This document shows, one piece after another, positions 48,276-60,449 of a DNA stretch of 64,000 nucleotides (positions are counted from its first letter, which is position 1; each line of letters begins with the position of its first letter). Position numbers and translations under genes: made by a program. Location of the stretch: NCBI RefSeq assembly GCF_902713615.1, contig NC_052157.1, positions 58,478,325-58,542,324 of the forward strand. The letters run 5' to 3'. The stretch is from Scyliorhinus canicula (Eukaryota). The notes beneath the pieces were generated by a model. That model was not told the DNA's origin and did no database searches. It was given only the letters and a program-made list of their open reading frames with translations.

Positions 48276-51200
48276 TGTGGTGTTCTTAGTGTTGCTAATT
48301 TTAGTATTTTGGCGTATTGTTCACAAAGACCACAAAATAGCTTTAAATTGATAAAAGCTATAAATTTCTTAACGCTACTTAATTGGATTCAACACTTACT
48401 CCTATATAATACACAGTTGGTAATAAACATACAATCTACACTCATCTAATACTAATCTCTACAGTAGTACAGTAACTATGATCTGCTCTCACTCACACTA
48501 TCTTTCCTTCAGTCTGTACTCTAACTTTCTCCTCAACCTCTCACCCCCACAAGGCTCTGCATCAATGCCTTATATAGTGTACATCGAGCTCCCTCTGGTG
48601 GTTGATTGGACATTACATTAACCCTTGCAGTTCTTTACATTTATGATAATGTCACATCCCATTTCTTTGCAAAAAAAGGTTATAAACTGTGTTTGTAAAA
48701 TCTTTTTCTTTGAACATTACAATTGCGAGCATGAATCATTAACTTATTTTTTACATTCAGTCGTAAAATAGCTGTTAAGTCACATTTGTGATGACAGATG
48801 TATAGTTATTACAGTCATTATAAATTTAATCTGTTCGGTGGCCTCCTCGTTCTGGTTGATCATCTCAGTGGTTTCGTCAAAGTATACAAGTTATCTTCCA
48901 CATTGTCTTGCATTGGTGATAATGAAGGATTGGGAAAGTCAATGTCTTTGAAGATGGTATCCTGAGCAATAATGTTCTGAGTCTGAGATGGAACATGTTT
49001 TTATATTTGCAGCAATGCTCTTCTCTTTCTACTGAACATTGAATCTCGTTCTGTCTGAACCAAGTACGATCTGGGTGAAACTTGTCTTAAACTTGAGCAA
49101 TGTGTTGCTATCCACCATCAGGATTTGTTATTCGAACATAGTCTCCATCTTTTAACTTGGGCAAAGGTTTTGTGTGCTTATCGCAGTACACTTTTTGTTT
49201 TCGTAACCTTGGCGGTGATGTATTTCTTGATGATCCATATTTTGAAGAGTAATCTCTGGTGACGTGGTGCGAATTTTTATTCCCATGAACATCTGAACAG
49301 GCGATGAACCTGATGACAATGGGGTAGCTCTGTATGTCAACCGCGCCTCAGATAAGTCTTTGTTGTCATCGCTTGCCAGATTGAATAGTTTCTTTGACTA
49401 TTCCTATGCCTTTTTCTGCTTTCCCATTTGATTGAGGATACAATGGGTTTGATGCGATGTGATTAAAATTATATCGTTCTGCAAATGGTGTCCACCCCCA
49501 GCTGGTGAAGCAAGGACCATTGTCAGAGACAATGCATCATGGAATTCCATGGCGAGCAAAACCAGATTTTGCTGCTCGTATTACAGATCTCGTTGAATCA
49601 TTCAGCGTGATCACCTCGGGATAGTTGGAATGGTAGTTAATTATGACTCGATAGGCATGACATGTAAAATAGAATAGATCCAAAACAACTTTGATCCATA
49701 GATTGATGATGAGTTCATTTTCTTCCAAGCTCTCTTTGCATTGCACGGATTGATGCATTTGACAAATGCTGCATTGCTGCACATGATTATCCACATCCTT
49801 GTTGATTCTAGGCCTTACACAGATTGCCTTGCTCGTCTATGACATTTTTCAATACTTTGGTGACCCTCGCGTATCTGTTACAAGATACCCTGTCAGAGGC
49901 ATGAAGGAATAACTATCTCCTGTCTCCTTTGAGTAGGAATCGGTTAATTACTGTGAGGTCATCTTTGATACTGCGAAAAGCGGAGCAACATCCATTGGGC
50001 CAACCTTCTTTGAGGTATTTGATTACCCTTTGGAGTGTCAAGCCCTTTTCTGTTTCTTCTTTGATGATTCGTAGCTTTCTGTCAGACACTGGTGACACAG
50101 TTCAGCAACAAATGAAGCTTGTGCTTCCCCAATGTGTACTATATTTCAAACCTTGTTATCAGCATCATTTGTAGCTCTGGATAAGGAATCAACAACAGCT
50201 GAGTCTTTTCCTGGCTCTTTATGCTGGTCATTCGAAGTCTTGGCTGTGTGTATCCTTTAAATTAGGTTTAATTTATCGCAAGCATCCACCCCAATCAACG
50301 ATGACTTATCATCTTCTACTATCTCAAATTCGATGTCACCATTTCTAACAATGAGACAGCAGGAACCTCTCATGGCTATGCTATTCCCATTACCGTCAGT
50401 CAGCTGGCAGGTTGATTTCTGTATTTGCGGTGGACTGTAAGCTTGTCTTAAATTCTTCTAGGTTATTAAATTTGTGTGTGCTCCTGTATCTATCTTAAAT
50501 GGAATTTCTGAGCCATTTATTTCAAGTAGTACAGTCCACTCTTTAATAATCTTTGAGAGTTGTTGTACTGGTTTGTTATCACAGCCCAGTGCATTAATCC
50601 GAGTAACTGCATCAACCTTGAAAGTATAATTTAGTGTGTATAGTGAGGAATCTTCATTATCAGTTAAGATATTTTGTCTTTTTTCTTCACTTTGAATGCT
50701 TTGGATCTTTCATGGTAGGAGTTTTTCAATTTGGTTACTGGAGAATCTGTTGAGAAACGCCACTGTGCTGCAAAGTGATTGAATTTGCAACAATTGGTAC
50801 ATTGTTTGCCTTTTGCCGGACAATTGTTTTTACTGCGGGTGTGGCCACAGCGCGTGCACGTCATCATGCTTGTGACATCACTCTCAAAATGGCCGCCGGC
50901 TGTTGTACGCAGTTTTCTGTGCAGCGACGCAGCATTAAGGGCGTCGGCCTCGAGTCACGACTTTGTGCCTTTTCCATTTGCCCTGAACTCTGCCTAATCA
51001 GAGAATGCTTGTTCACTGGCTTTGCACATATTAATCGCTTCATCTAGCGGCACAATCGGTCGTCTGAACATTTTTTCTCGCAAACGGTCATCATTAATGC
51101 CAAATACAACTTGATCGCGTAGCGTTGGATCAGCAACGGAGGAGAAGTTACACGACTGCACTCATAACTTCAAAGCATGATGTGGAGATGCCAGCATTTG

Positions 51201-52144
51201 ACTGGGCTGGGCAAAGTAAGAAGTCTTACAACAGCATGTTAAAGTCCAACAGGTTTGTTTCGAATCACTAGCTTTCGGAGCGCAGCTCCTTCCTCAGGTG
51301 AACTTTAAAACAGTAATGATTCCCCTTTCAGCTGCAGCCTTTTTATGAACATGTAGTGCTCATTGGTCTCGTTCACCTGCTTTTTGCAGTGAGCATCGAA
51401 TTTCTGTCACACTATGTTCTACTTAGTTTTATCCTCATCTTCAACAAATTCGAAGGAGTTATGAAGTTCTAATGCTTGCGTCACAGCTAAACTAAGAAAA
51501 AGCGTTATTTTTATCTGATCGGAGGCATTATCTAGCCTGGAGGCAGATAGGAAAACTTCAAACTGCTGTTTGAAGAAAGCCCAGTTTTGACATAGTTTCC
51601 AGTTTGTTCTGAAGTACTCAGGCTTCTTTAGACTCTCCACCTTACGATTTTTCTTCTGTGTATATTTTCTGACGGTGCTGCAGTGTGATTGTTTTCTTCA
51701 ATCTTCTTAAAGCCAACCTGTCTAATCTAACAGCTTATTATTTGTATAAATAAACTCCTGGTACCATGTGGTGTTCTTTGAGTTGCTAATTTTAGGATGG
51801 TTGGCGTAGTGTTCACAAAGACCACAAAATAGTTTTAAATTGAACAAAGCTATAACTTTATTAACACTATTTAATTGGATTTGACACTTACTCCTATATA
51901 ATATACAGTTGATAAACACATAATCTGCACTCATCTACTACTAATCTCTACATTATTACATTAACTATGATCTGCTCTCACTCACACTGTCTTTCCTTCA
52001 GTCTGTTCTCCAGCTTTCTCCCCAACCTCTCCAAACAAGGCTCAGCATCAATTCCTTATATAGTTGTACATCTAGCTCCCTCTAGTGGTTGAATTAGACA
52101 TTACATTAACCCTTGCAGTTCTTTACATTTATGATAATGTCACA
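48276..52144 (-). mobile_element. Ty3/Gypsy LTR retrotransposon, internally deleted, two LTRs
   Basis: LTRs 48276-48656 and 51767-52144 (TG...CA); 5-bp TSD TGGCC; PPT beside 48657; PBS beside 51766; gag knuckle CPAKGKQCTNCCKFNHF; protease FKIDTGA; integrase FARHGIP. Confidence 0.92.
51264..51302 (-). ncRNA. Minimal hammerhead ribozyme motif in a Penelope fragment (51178-51302) nested in the Gypsy gag
   Basis: Reverse complement: ucac-CUGAGGA-a-GGAGC-ugc-GCUCC-GAAA-G-CUA-guga; intact core and 4-bp stem I. Confidence 0.62.
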
Positions 52145-52795
52145 TGGCCCATCCCCTGGAACGTGGGCACCTTTTCAGTGCCCAGCTGGCACCATGGCAC
52201 TGCCAAAGTGCCCAGATGACACTGCCAAGCCAGCAGGAGCACTGCCTGGGTGCGACGGTAGCTGTGCAAGGGTGCCCGAGTGCTAGAGTGGCCAAGGTTC
52301 AGAGGCCAAAGGGGGCATGCCCATGGAACAAGGGTTGCAAGGGGGATTTTAAGAATGGGAGGATGTGGGGCAGGTAAGTAGGGGCCTCTGGGAAGTTGGA
52401 GGGAGGGGTGATGGGTGGGGGTGCAAGTAGAGAGTGGGTGCTGTCTGGAAGCTTGGGGGGGCCTGAAGTAGGGGATCCCAGGGACACTATAGCGGGATTT
52501 CTCACTACCCCATAAGCTAGGTGCTGCGGGGCAATGGGAAACTCCCAAGGTCCCCAAAAAGTGTCACTGAATAGCGGTGCAGCACTCGCCGGCAATGCCG
52601 GCGGGCAACTCCCTTATAAAACCCAACACAAATGAACTTCGAAAATTTTCCAAAGAATTGCGCCCGTAGAGAGAGAAAGAAGGATTCACTGAGCCACGAC
52701 TGACCCTAACGAGGCGACACAACAGTTTAACCCTATCAGTGCCAGTAAATGATGTGAGAATGTCTTCTGTTTCCATTTCTCTGTGCGGTAAACAG

Positions 52796-53035
52796 AACAT
52801 GCTGCTTACTGACCCACAGAACACAACCAGAGACACAACTAGAAAGGCTGAGAAATCTGCTCCACCGCGTCACTCTGAAGGTCCAGTAGGGGAAGATGCT
52901 GGACATGAGAATCCCAGCGGCCCTGACAACCTTCTCTACGCCAACATCAACATCGCGAAGCTGCGTAGTGGTGACGGGACTGTTTCCAGCGAAGTGGATA
53001 CGGAATATGCGCAGATCACATTCCAGCAGAACTGA
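52796..53035 (+). CDS. Gene B terminal exon with ITIM-like LLYANI and ITSM-like TEYAQI
   Basis: Acceptor taaacag/AAC in phase 0; motifs at 52931-52948 and 53000-53017; TGA ends at 53035. The spacing resembles the proximal ITIM and distal TEYSEI of CD33-related Siglecs. Confidence 0.9.
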   Translation, partial: NMLLTDPQNTTRDTTRKAEKSAPPRHSEGPVGEDAGHENPSGPDNLLYANINIAKLRSGDGTVSSEVDTEYAQITFQQN

Positions 53036-53226
53036 GTGAATGGGGAGAGCGTGTGTGGGTTGTCTGAAGCCAACATGGTCGAATAGCAAGGATCAAATAT
53101 GTGATGTTACTCAACTTTTCTATCAGTTCTGAGCCTGCTTTCTGAATGCTGCACCCTTTCCCAGGCTGACAGAGATTGCAAAAAGCATATGAATTCTGGA
53201 GAAGTTTACATCTATTAATTCAAGCG

Positions 53227-53265
53227 ATTAAAATGCTCAGACATTTCTGACATTTTTAAAATAAA
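53227..53265 (+). terminator. Candidate polyadenylation signals of gene B
   Basis: ATTAAA 53227-53232 (conserved in both gene A paralogs) and AATAAA 53260-53265. Confidence 0.5.
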
Positions 53266-53454
53266 TATCATATTCTGGTAAACAATCCCAATCTCCAAGG
53301 CAGCATTTCCTGTTGTCACATGTCCTTCTCATTATTTAAATTCATCTGTCTTCATTTGAAATGGAAAGTTTGATGGAAATACTTCACGCTGTAATTATAT
53401 AGATTATTATTATTATTATACCTTTTCTATAATATGAACACAAGTAATGTGCTC

Positions 53455-54345
53455 CAAGTGTGGTCTAACTGACGGATATGGAGACTGGAACTGTGCATAA
53501 TGCTTCAAGTATGATCTAACCAAGAGATATGGAGACCAGCACTGCGCACAGTTCTCCCAGTGTGGCCTAACCTAGGGATATGGAGGATGGAAGTGTGCAC
53601 ACCGCTCCCGTGTGGCATGACCAAGGAATATGGAGAGCAGAACTGTACGCAGTGCTCCCAGTGTGGTCCAGCCAAGCGGCACTGTTGCTTCACAGCGCCA
53701 GGTTCCCAGGTTTGATTTCCGGCTTGGGTTCCTGTCTGTGCGGAGTCTGCAGGTTATCCCCGTGTCTGCATGGGTTTCCTCTGGTTTCCTCCCACAAGTC
53801 CAGAAAGACGTGCTATTCGGTGAATTGGACATTCTGAATTCTCCCTCAGTGTACCCGAACAGGTGCCGGAGTGTGGCGACCTGGGTTTTTCACAGTATCT
53901 TCATTGCAGTGTTGATGTAAGCCAATTTGTGACAATAATAAACATTATCATTATATGGGGACTGGAACTGTGCACAGTGCTGCAGGTGCGGTCTTACCAA
54001 GGGACACGGAGACGGGAACTGTGCGCAGTGCTGCAGGTGTGGTCTAACTAAGGAGTATGGAGACTTGAACTGTGCATAGTGCAGCAGGTGTGGTCTTACC
54101 AAGGGACACAGGGACTATAACTGTGCACAGTGTTCCATCTGTGGTCGAACTGAGGGATATGGAGACAGAAACTGCGCAAAGTGCTCCAAGTGTGATTTGA
54201 CTAAGGGACATGGAGACTGGAATAGTGCACAGTGCTTCAGATGTGGTCTGACTAAGGGATATAGAGACCAGAACTCTGCACAATTCTCCAAGTGTGGTCT
54301 AACCAAGGGATATGGAGACCAGAATTGTGCACAGTGCTCCCAGGC
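53455..54345 (-). repeat. About 51-bp minisatellite derived from CR1 ORF2, with a SINE (+) inserted at 53660-53950
   Basis: Minus ORFs repeat LVRPHLxxCAQFxSPxP with a 17-aa period, matching CR1 [15 protein letters not shown]. Confidence 0.8.
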
Positions 54346-55582
54346 TGGTATGAAGAATATTGGATTAGTTTATTGTCACATGTAGGGAGGCTCAGTTGAA
54401 CGTAGCCTCTCTGCTTTCAAGTTCTATCTCTTCAGAAATGATTTCTGATTTGTGAGTCTGTGGTCCCAAGTCCCTCTGCTCATCTCCTGCCCCAGACGGA
54501 TTGCGGCGGATCAAAAAGGCGGCTCACCACCGTCTTCTCAAGGGGCAATTAGGGGCAACAAATGCTGGCCAAGCCACAGACACCCACACCCTGTGCATGA
54601 ACCAAAAAAGCAGTCGAGGCAAGATTTCCTGCAGCTGCGATGACGCGCTTCCCCAATTTGGGCAGCTTCCCACAAATTCACTATTTGTGGTAAAAGCGGT
54701 TAAATTACGTGGAACTAGAAATAGAAAAGCAGAAATCAGAAATTTCGGCGAGCGTCTGTCTTGGACTGCAGCTCAACCTCTGAGGGGGGTGTGGGAAATG
54801 AAATGTTTGACCGCTGACCTAGTTTGATAGTGGGCTGAGATACCTCCAGTGATGAGGATAGACTGGCGAGGCTGGGACTTCAGGGAGAAGGAGGCTAAGA
54901 GGAGATTCGAGAGAGAAGTTCAAAATGATAAGGAGGCTGGGCAGAGTAGACGGGGAGAAACTGCTCCCAGTTGTAAAAGGACCGAGAATGAGCGGGGCAC
55001 AGATTTATGGACCGAGAATGACAGGGGCACAGATTTAAAGTGATTTGCAAAAAAGAGCAAATCGGTTGTGAGAAAAAAACATTTTCACACCTGGAAACGC
55101 CTGGAACGCACGGCCTGAAAATCTAGTGGTGGCAGCTTCAATGAGACACTCGAGAGAATGTAAGGAGAAAAACAATGTGTGGGGGTCCGGGGAAGATTCA
55201 GGGGGACAGCACTAATATGATGAATGTAGGAATTTCAGATATGTTGTGTTATGTTAATTTGGTGCAGTAAGGGTTTAAAAACCTGTGACTGCTGCAGTAG
55301 TGCTTTTGAAAATTCTGGTTTGAAAGACAGCTAGATAGTTTGAAGCCTGAAGTGCAATTAAAGCACCGTAAAAGCTTTGGTGAATGGGCTTTTATTTAGA
55401 TTAAGGTTTCCTAGGATGAGATAATTTAAATCATTGTGTTTACCTTGGTAAAATGGGACAGTTAATGGGAGGGACCAGGGACTGAAGTAGTCTGGTGTTG
55501 AGATTTTCAGAGTTAGGTTTTGGCTGGAATGGGAGCTGAGAAGATTTCTGAGGTAATACATCCAGAGATTCTGCATTTGGCA

Positions 55583-55908
55583 GCATGTTAGCATTGTGGG
55601 TAGCACAACTGCTTCACAGCTTCAGGGTCCCAGGTTCGATTCAGGCTTGGGTCACTGTCTGTGCGGAGTCGGCACATCCTCCCCGTGTGTGCGTGGGTTT
55701 CCTCCGGGTGCTCCGGTTTCCTCCCACAGTCCAATGATGTGCAGGTTAGGTGGATTGGCTATGATACATTGCCCTTAGTGTCCAAAATAACCTTAGTGTT
55801 GGGTGGGGTTACTGGGTTATGGGGATAGGGTGGAGGTGTTGACCTTTTCCAAGAGCCGATGCAGACTCGATGGGCCGAATGGCCTCCTTCTGCACTGTAA
55901 ATTCTATG
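55583..55908 (+). mobile_element. V-SINE
   Basis: Complete head, core and tail. Confidence 0.85.
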
Positions 55909-55919
55909 ATATTCTGACT

Positions 55920-56275
55920 GGAGGCAGTGGTGTGCTGGTTTTCTCACTCAACTAGTAATTCAGAGACCCTTAGTCTTGTTCTGGGAACCCGGGTTTGAAT
56001 CCCTCCATGGAAAATGGTGAAATTGAATTAAATTTAAAAATCTGGAACGAAAAGTCTACAGAAGATAAAATTATTGTTATTTGATCTAAAAACCTATCTT
56101 GTTCACTAATGTCCTTTAGGGAAGGAAATCTGTTGTCTTTCCCTTGCCTGGTCTGGCCTACATGTGACTCCTGACCCATGGCAATGTGGTTGACTCTTAA
56201 ATGCCCTCAGAGATGGGCAATAAATGGTGGCCCAGCCAGTGATACCCACATCACATGAATGAATAAAAATAAATT
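55920..56275 (+). mobile_element. SacSINE1/DeuSINE-like element
   Basis: Same family as 35178-35540, opposite strand. Confidence 0.75.
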
Positions 56276-56696
56276 CTGACAGGGTGTCTGGTCTCTTTAT
56301 TTGAAGAAGCCTCAAAAAATCTCTCTTTTGCAAAGTGGAGTATTCAAGCTATATCCATAGCAATTATTCCTGAGGACTAACTGTATTAAAAAGTGGACTG
56401 TGACCCTCAGATGTTTTTGTTGTTTGAATTGAAAGAAAGATAGCAGTTAAGGGATATTGTGCCACATTATTTGCTATCATTGTTTCAGGGGTAATTGTTA
56501 GCCATTTTTTCTGTGATGTTAAAGATATTTTAATGCTGTGTTAACAATTATGTTTGTTTTAATATACAATATCCGTACTTTTGCGTGAAATAACTCCTGG
56601 AGTGTGGATTTCTTACAACAGTCTTATAAAATTCAAATAAAATATTATGGTTTCTGTCCTTGTCACTGTTGGTGTCTTGTCTGCGATCGTAAAAAC

Positions 56697-57412
56697 CGAA
56701 GGAGCGCTACACTATCAGTGTGTCAGTCCTGTGGGAGTGCTGCACTGTTGGTGTGTCAGTACTGAGGGAGAGCTGCGCTGTCGGTGTGTCAGTACTGTGG
56801 GAGTGCTGCACTGTCAGAGGGTCAGTCCTGTGGGAGTGCTGCACTGTTGGTGTGTCAGTACTGAGGGAGAGCTGCGCTGTCGGTGTGTCAGTACTGTGGG
56901 AGTGCTGCGCTGTCAGAGGGTCAGTACTGTGGGAGTGCTGCACTGTTGGTGTGTCAGTACTGAGGGAGTGCTCCACTTTTAGTATGTCAGTACTGCGGGG
57001 GTGCTGCATTGTCAGTGTGACAGTACTGATGGAGTGCTACACTGTGGAAGGGTTAGTACTGCGGGAGCGCTGCACTTTCGGAAGGTCAGTTCTGAGGGAT
57101 TGCTGCATTGTCTGAAGGTCAGTATTGAGGGAGTGCTGCACTTTGGGAGGGTCAGTACTGTGGGAGCCCTGCACTTTCGGAGGGTCAGTTCTGAGGGAGC
57201 ACTGCACTGTTGGACAGACAGTACTGAGAGAACATTGTACTTTCGGACTGTCAGTACTGAGGGGAATGCTGCACTGTTGGAGGGTAAGTATTGAGTGGGT
57301 TCTGCCCTGTCAGAAAGTCAGTACTGAGAGAGTGATGCACTCTCACAGGGTCGGGATTGAGGGAGTGCTGCATCATTGGAGAATCAGTATTGAGGGAGTG
57401 CTACACTGTAGA
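56697..57412. repeat. Diverged 33-bp minisatellite, same family and orientation as 45930-47760
   Basis: cagtactgagggagtgctgcactg units. Confidence 0.9.
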
Positions 57413-57414
57413 GC

Positions 57415-57470
57415 ACATGCTGCTTACTGACCCGCAGAACACAGACAGAGAGAAAGGTCCGAGGCAACAG
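57415..57470 (+). pseudogene. Remnant of a paralog of the ITIM exon 5' end
   Basis: acatgctgcttactgacccgcagaacaca matches 52797-52825 at 28 of 29 nt. Confidence 0.6.
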
Positions 57471-57489
57471 AAGAGTTCCTGCACGCCTG

Positions 57490-57790
57490 CTTGGAGTAAG
57501 TGGACTGGCCCATTTTCAAGAACTCAGCGGCCAACGTAGATGAGTATCCCACCACCAACACTGACGTAATCAGAAGGTGTGTGGAAGATGCAGTTAAAGA
57601 AGGTTATAAGTGCGTTCCCGAACCAGAAACCATGGTTTAACTGGGAGATTCACTCCCTACTGAAATGCAGGTCTGAGGTGTCTAGACAGGTCATCCTGAC
57701 CTGTATAAGAAATCAAGATATGACTTCTGCAAAGTCAATGCCAAGAGACAATGCCAGACTGAGCTAGAGTAACAGACTATCGACACGGAC
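57490..57790 (+). mobile_element. Rex1/Babar-like LINE fragment
   Basis: DW..F...DEY and KVISAFPNQKPWFN motifs typical of the Rex1 EN-RT linker. Confidence 0.7.
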
Positions 57791-58620
57791 TCTCTGTAGA
57801 AGTCAACTATTTCCTCATACACCTAAAAGGTAAAAGATAGCTATTTAGGATAAATATGAAGCCCCATTTTAAATTAAGGATTCCAACACTATCATAACCT
57901 CAGGTCATCTCAAAACATACAGCTTACAAAACAGCATAATACAGCATAATTCACTTTACTAAGTTCCATTATTCTAGCAAGACAGTACAACATAGAAATG
58001 ACAGAAACACAAAAGAACCTGATACATGCAAAAGCAGTAGGGATTAAAACAAACATTTCAACTGAACTAATGAATACATTTTTCAAGACAGTGTCCAAGG
58101 ACAGGGCAGGCTCCATAGCAACAGCATAGCAACGACATAGTAACATGAAGGCTCTATTGTTATAACAGCTAAGTCAGCAGAAGACTAATTCAAGCTGGTC
58201 GCGATAACAGCACAATATCGCATTCCTTAACATGCACAAGTATGTGCACACAAAACAATTCAAACTAATGTTGCAAATTCAAGATTGACAGCTAACCCTC
58301 AAAACAAACTCTTTTGATTCTAACTCAAACCAATTAGGATGACTTAGAGGTGTAGATATATGGCTAAAGACTGATATGATTTTGTAGAACTGTGAGGGTC
58401 CGTATGGCCATCTTTATTCATGAATCATCTATACTTTGATCTGAACTGTTCACTGTCTCCCTGTATTCATATCTGTAAATTCTATGATAATCTATGATAT
58501 TTCATTTTCAGACTTTGACTTCTAAAGTTATTGCGAGCTGTTTGCCAAAGCAAGAAAATAATTTCTGTGATTCTTTGAAAGTTTTCAATTGTCTATGAAT
58601 TGCCTATGAATTGCCTTTTA

Positions 58621-58960
58621 GGGGCAACACGGTAGCATGGTGGTTAGCATAAATGCTTCACAGCTCCAGGGTCCCAGGTTCGATTCCCGGCTGGGTCACT
58701 GTCTGTGTGGAGTCTGCACGTCCTCCCCGTGTGTGCGTGGGTTTCCTCCGGGTGCTCCGGTTTCCTCCCACAGTCCAAAGATGTGCGGGTTAGGTGGATT
58801 GGCCATGCTAAATTGCCCGTAGTGTCCTAAAAGGTAAGGTTAGGGGGGGGGGGGGGGGTTGTTGGGTACGGGTATAGGGTGGATTGAGTAAGGTGATCAT
58901 GGCTCGGCACAACATCGAGGGCCGAAGGGCCTGTTCTGTGCTGTACTGTTCTATGTTCTA
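58621..58960 (+). mobile_element. Young full-length V-SINE
   Basis: ORF-track translation at 58637 is identical to that of 23094-23279; tail matches the CR1 tail at 22000-22058. Confidence 0.9.
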
Positions 58961-59719
58961 AATGAATTTTGATTATAATCAATAGAAGACAAATAAAACA
59001 CTTCTTATTTGCACCTGAGAAGTTTGAACTTAAATTTCTACTGAGTTCTCATAATCGCAAAGTGCTACTAGTACCGCATGGTAGATATATCAACTTGGCG
59101 TAGTTTGGCAAAAGTGGAAGGAGCCAGCTAGGAAAAAAACAGCTCTCGTGGGGTAAGAAATATATTTTTCACCCATTCGTAAACCCGCATCAAGCAGTGC
59201 TTCGACCCCTTAGAAAGGACCTTTTGATAGACTGTGTTAATTCAATCAGGTGCCGGTCGTTGAAACTAAAATAAAACGGGACTGATAAGATAGTCACGGT
59301 AGTGTACACAGATACACAAAAGGAGTTGACGACCAGAAAATTGGGTGTAAGACTGAGTTTATGGCGGACATGACTCCTAAAATAGATTCAGAACCTTCAA
59401 ATGGTAGAGAACTACTTCCCACAACGTGCAAGGGAGGTCGCGCTGTACCGGATGTCTCGATTGACGATATATTGGATGATCTTTGATTTGTAGACAATTT
59501 GGACTGTCTGAAGTTGCCACAAAAATTGAATCAAAATATGATATCCCCAAAGGACAGTGGTCACTTGATAATATCAAGAAGGCATGGGGGAAAACCACAC
59601 GGTTAAACAGAGGAAAATGTATGAAATTATCTTTTGCAGTAATGGCAAAGCTCCAAAAACATCAATAGACAATTGCAAAAACTAAATTCGATCATGAGCT
59701 TCAGTCCACTAAAGACCAA

Positions 59720-60449
59720 GGCAGAATTCTCCGCCAGGCCCGATGCCGTCGTGAAACCCGGAGAGGTTCACGACGGCATCGCAGGCCGCTCCTGGCCCCC
59801 TATTCTCCCCCACGGGGGGCTAGGAGGGCCGTGCCGTGAATCTTTTCCGCCGGGCCTTGTCGCTGGCGTCAAGCCTGGCGCGCCGAGAATGACGCGGCCG
59901 ACGCGCCTAATGCATCAGCCGCGCATGTGCAGGTTGACTGGCTCCAACCCACGCATGCGCGGCTGACGTCACGACAGCTGACGGCTCAAACCCGCGCATG
60001 CGCGGTTGCCGTCTTCCCCTTTGCTGCCCTGCAAGACGTAGCGGCTTGATCTTGCGGGGCGGCGGAGGGGAAAGAATGCGTCCCGTTGAGACGCCGGCCC
60101 GGGGATCGGTGGGCACCGTTCGCGGGCCAGTCCCCTCCCGAGCACGGTCGTGGTGCTCACTCCCCTCTCCGCCCCCCACAAGCCACAAAACAGCTGCTGC
60201 TGCCATGTTCACGCCGGCAGCGACCAGGTGTGGTTGCCGCCGGTGTGAACCGGTTGGGAACGGCCAGCCGCTCAGCCCATCCGGGTCGGAGAATCGCGGG
60301 TCGCCGTGAAAAACGGCGGCCCGCGATTCTCTGAGTGGCAAAACGCAACACACCATTTTGGGGGAGGGGGGGGTGGGAGAATCGCGAGGGGTGCCAAAGC
60401 GGCCCTCCCGCGATTCTCCCACCCGGCGTGAGAGCAGAGAATCACGTCC
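59720..60449. mobile_element. Harbinger-type MITE
   Basis: ggcagaattctcc / gagaatcacgtcc termini; TSD CAA. Confidence 0.8.

Larger units (their letters stand above)
47910..52665. mobile_element. Non-autonomous Harbinger-like element interrupted by a Gypsy element
   Basis: Termini ggatgtgattctcc / aaagaattgcgccc; flanks rejoin at the TGGCC target. Confidence 0.6.
22700..53290 (+). other. Gene B: inhibitory CD33-related-like Siglec (L-V-C2-C2-TM-cyt-ITIM/ITSM), predicted 471 aa
   Basis: Seven coding exons (40+369+294+294+97+82+240 = 1416 nt) join in frame with phases 1,1,1,1,2,0. Confidence 0.88.

Noticed and set aside
2090-53035. Assigning gene symbols such as CD33, MAG, CD22 or SIGLEC15
   Set aside because: The architecture is Siglec-like, but orthology needs phylogeny and synteny that I cannot run.
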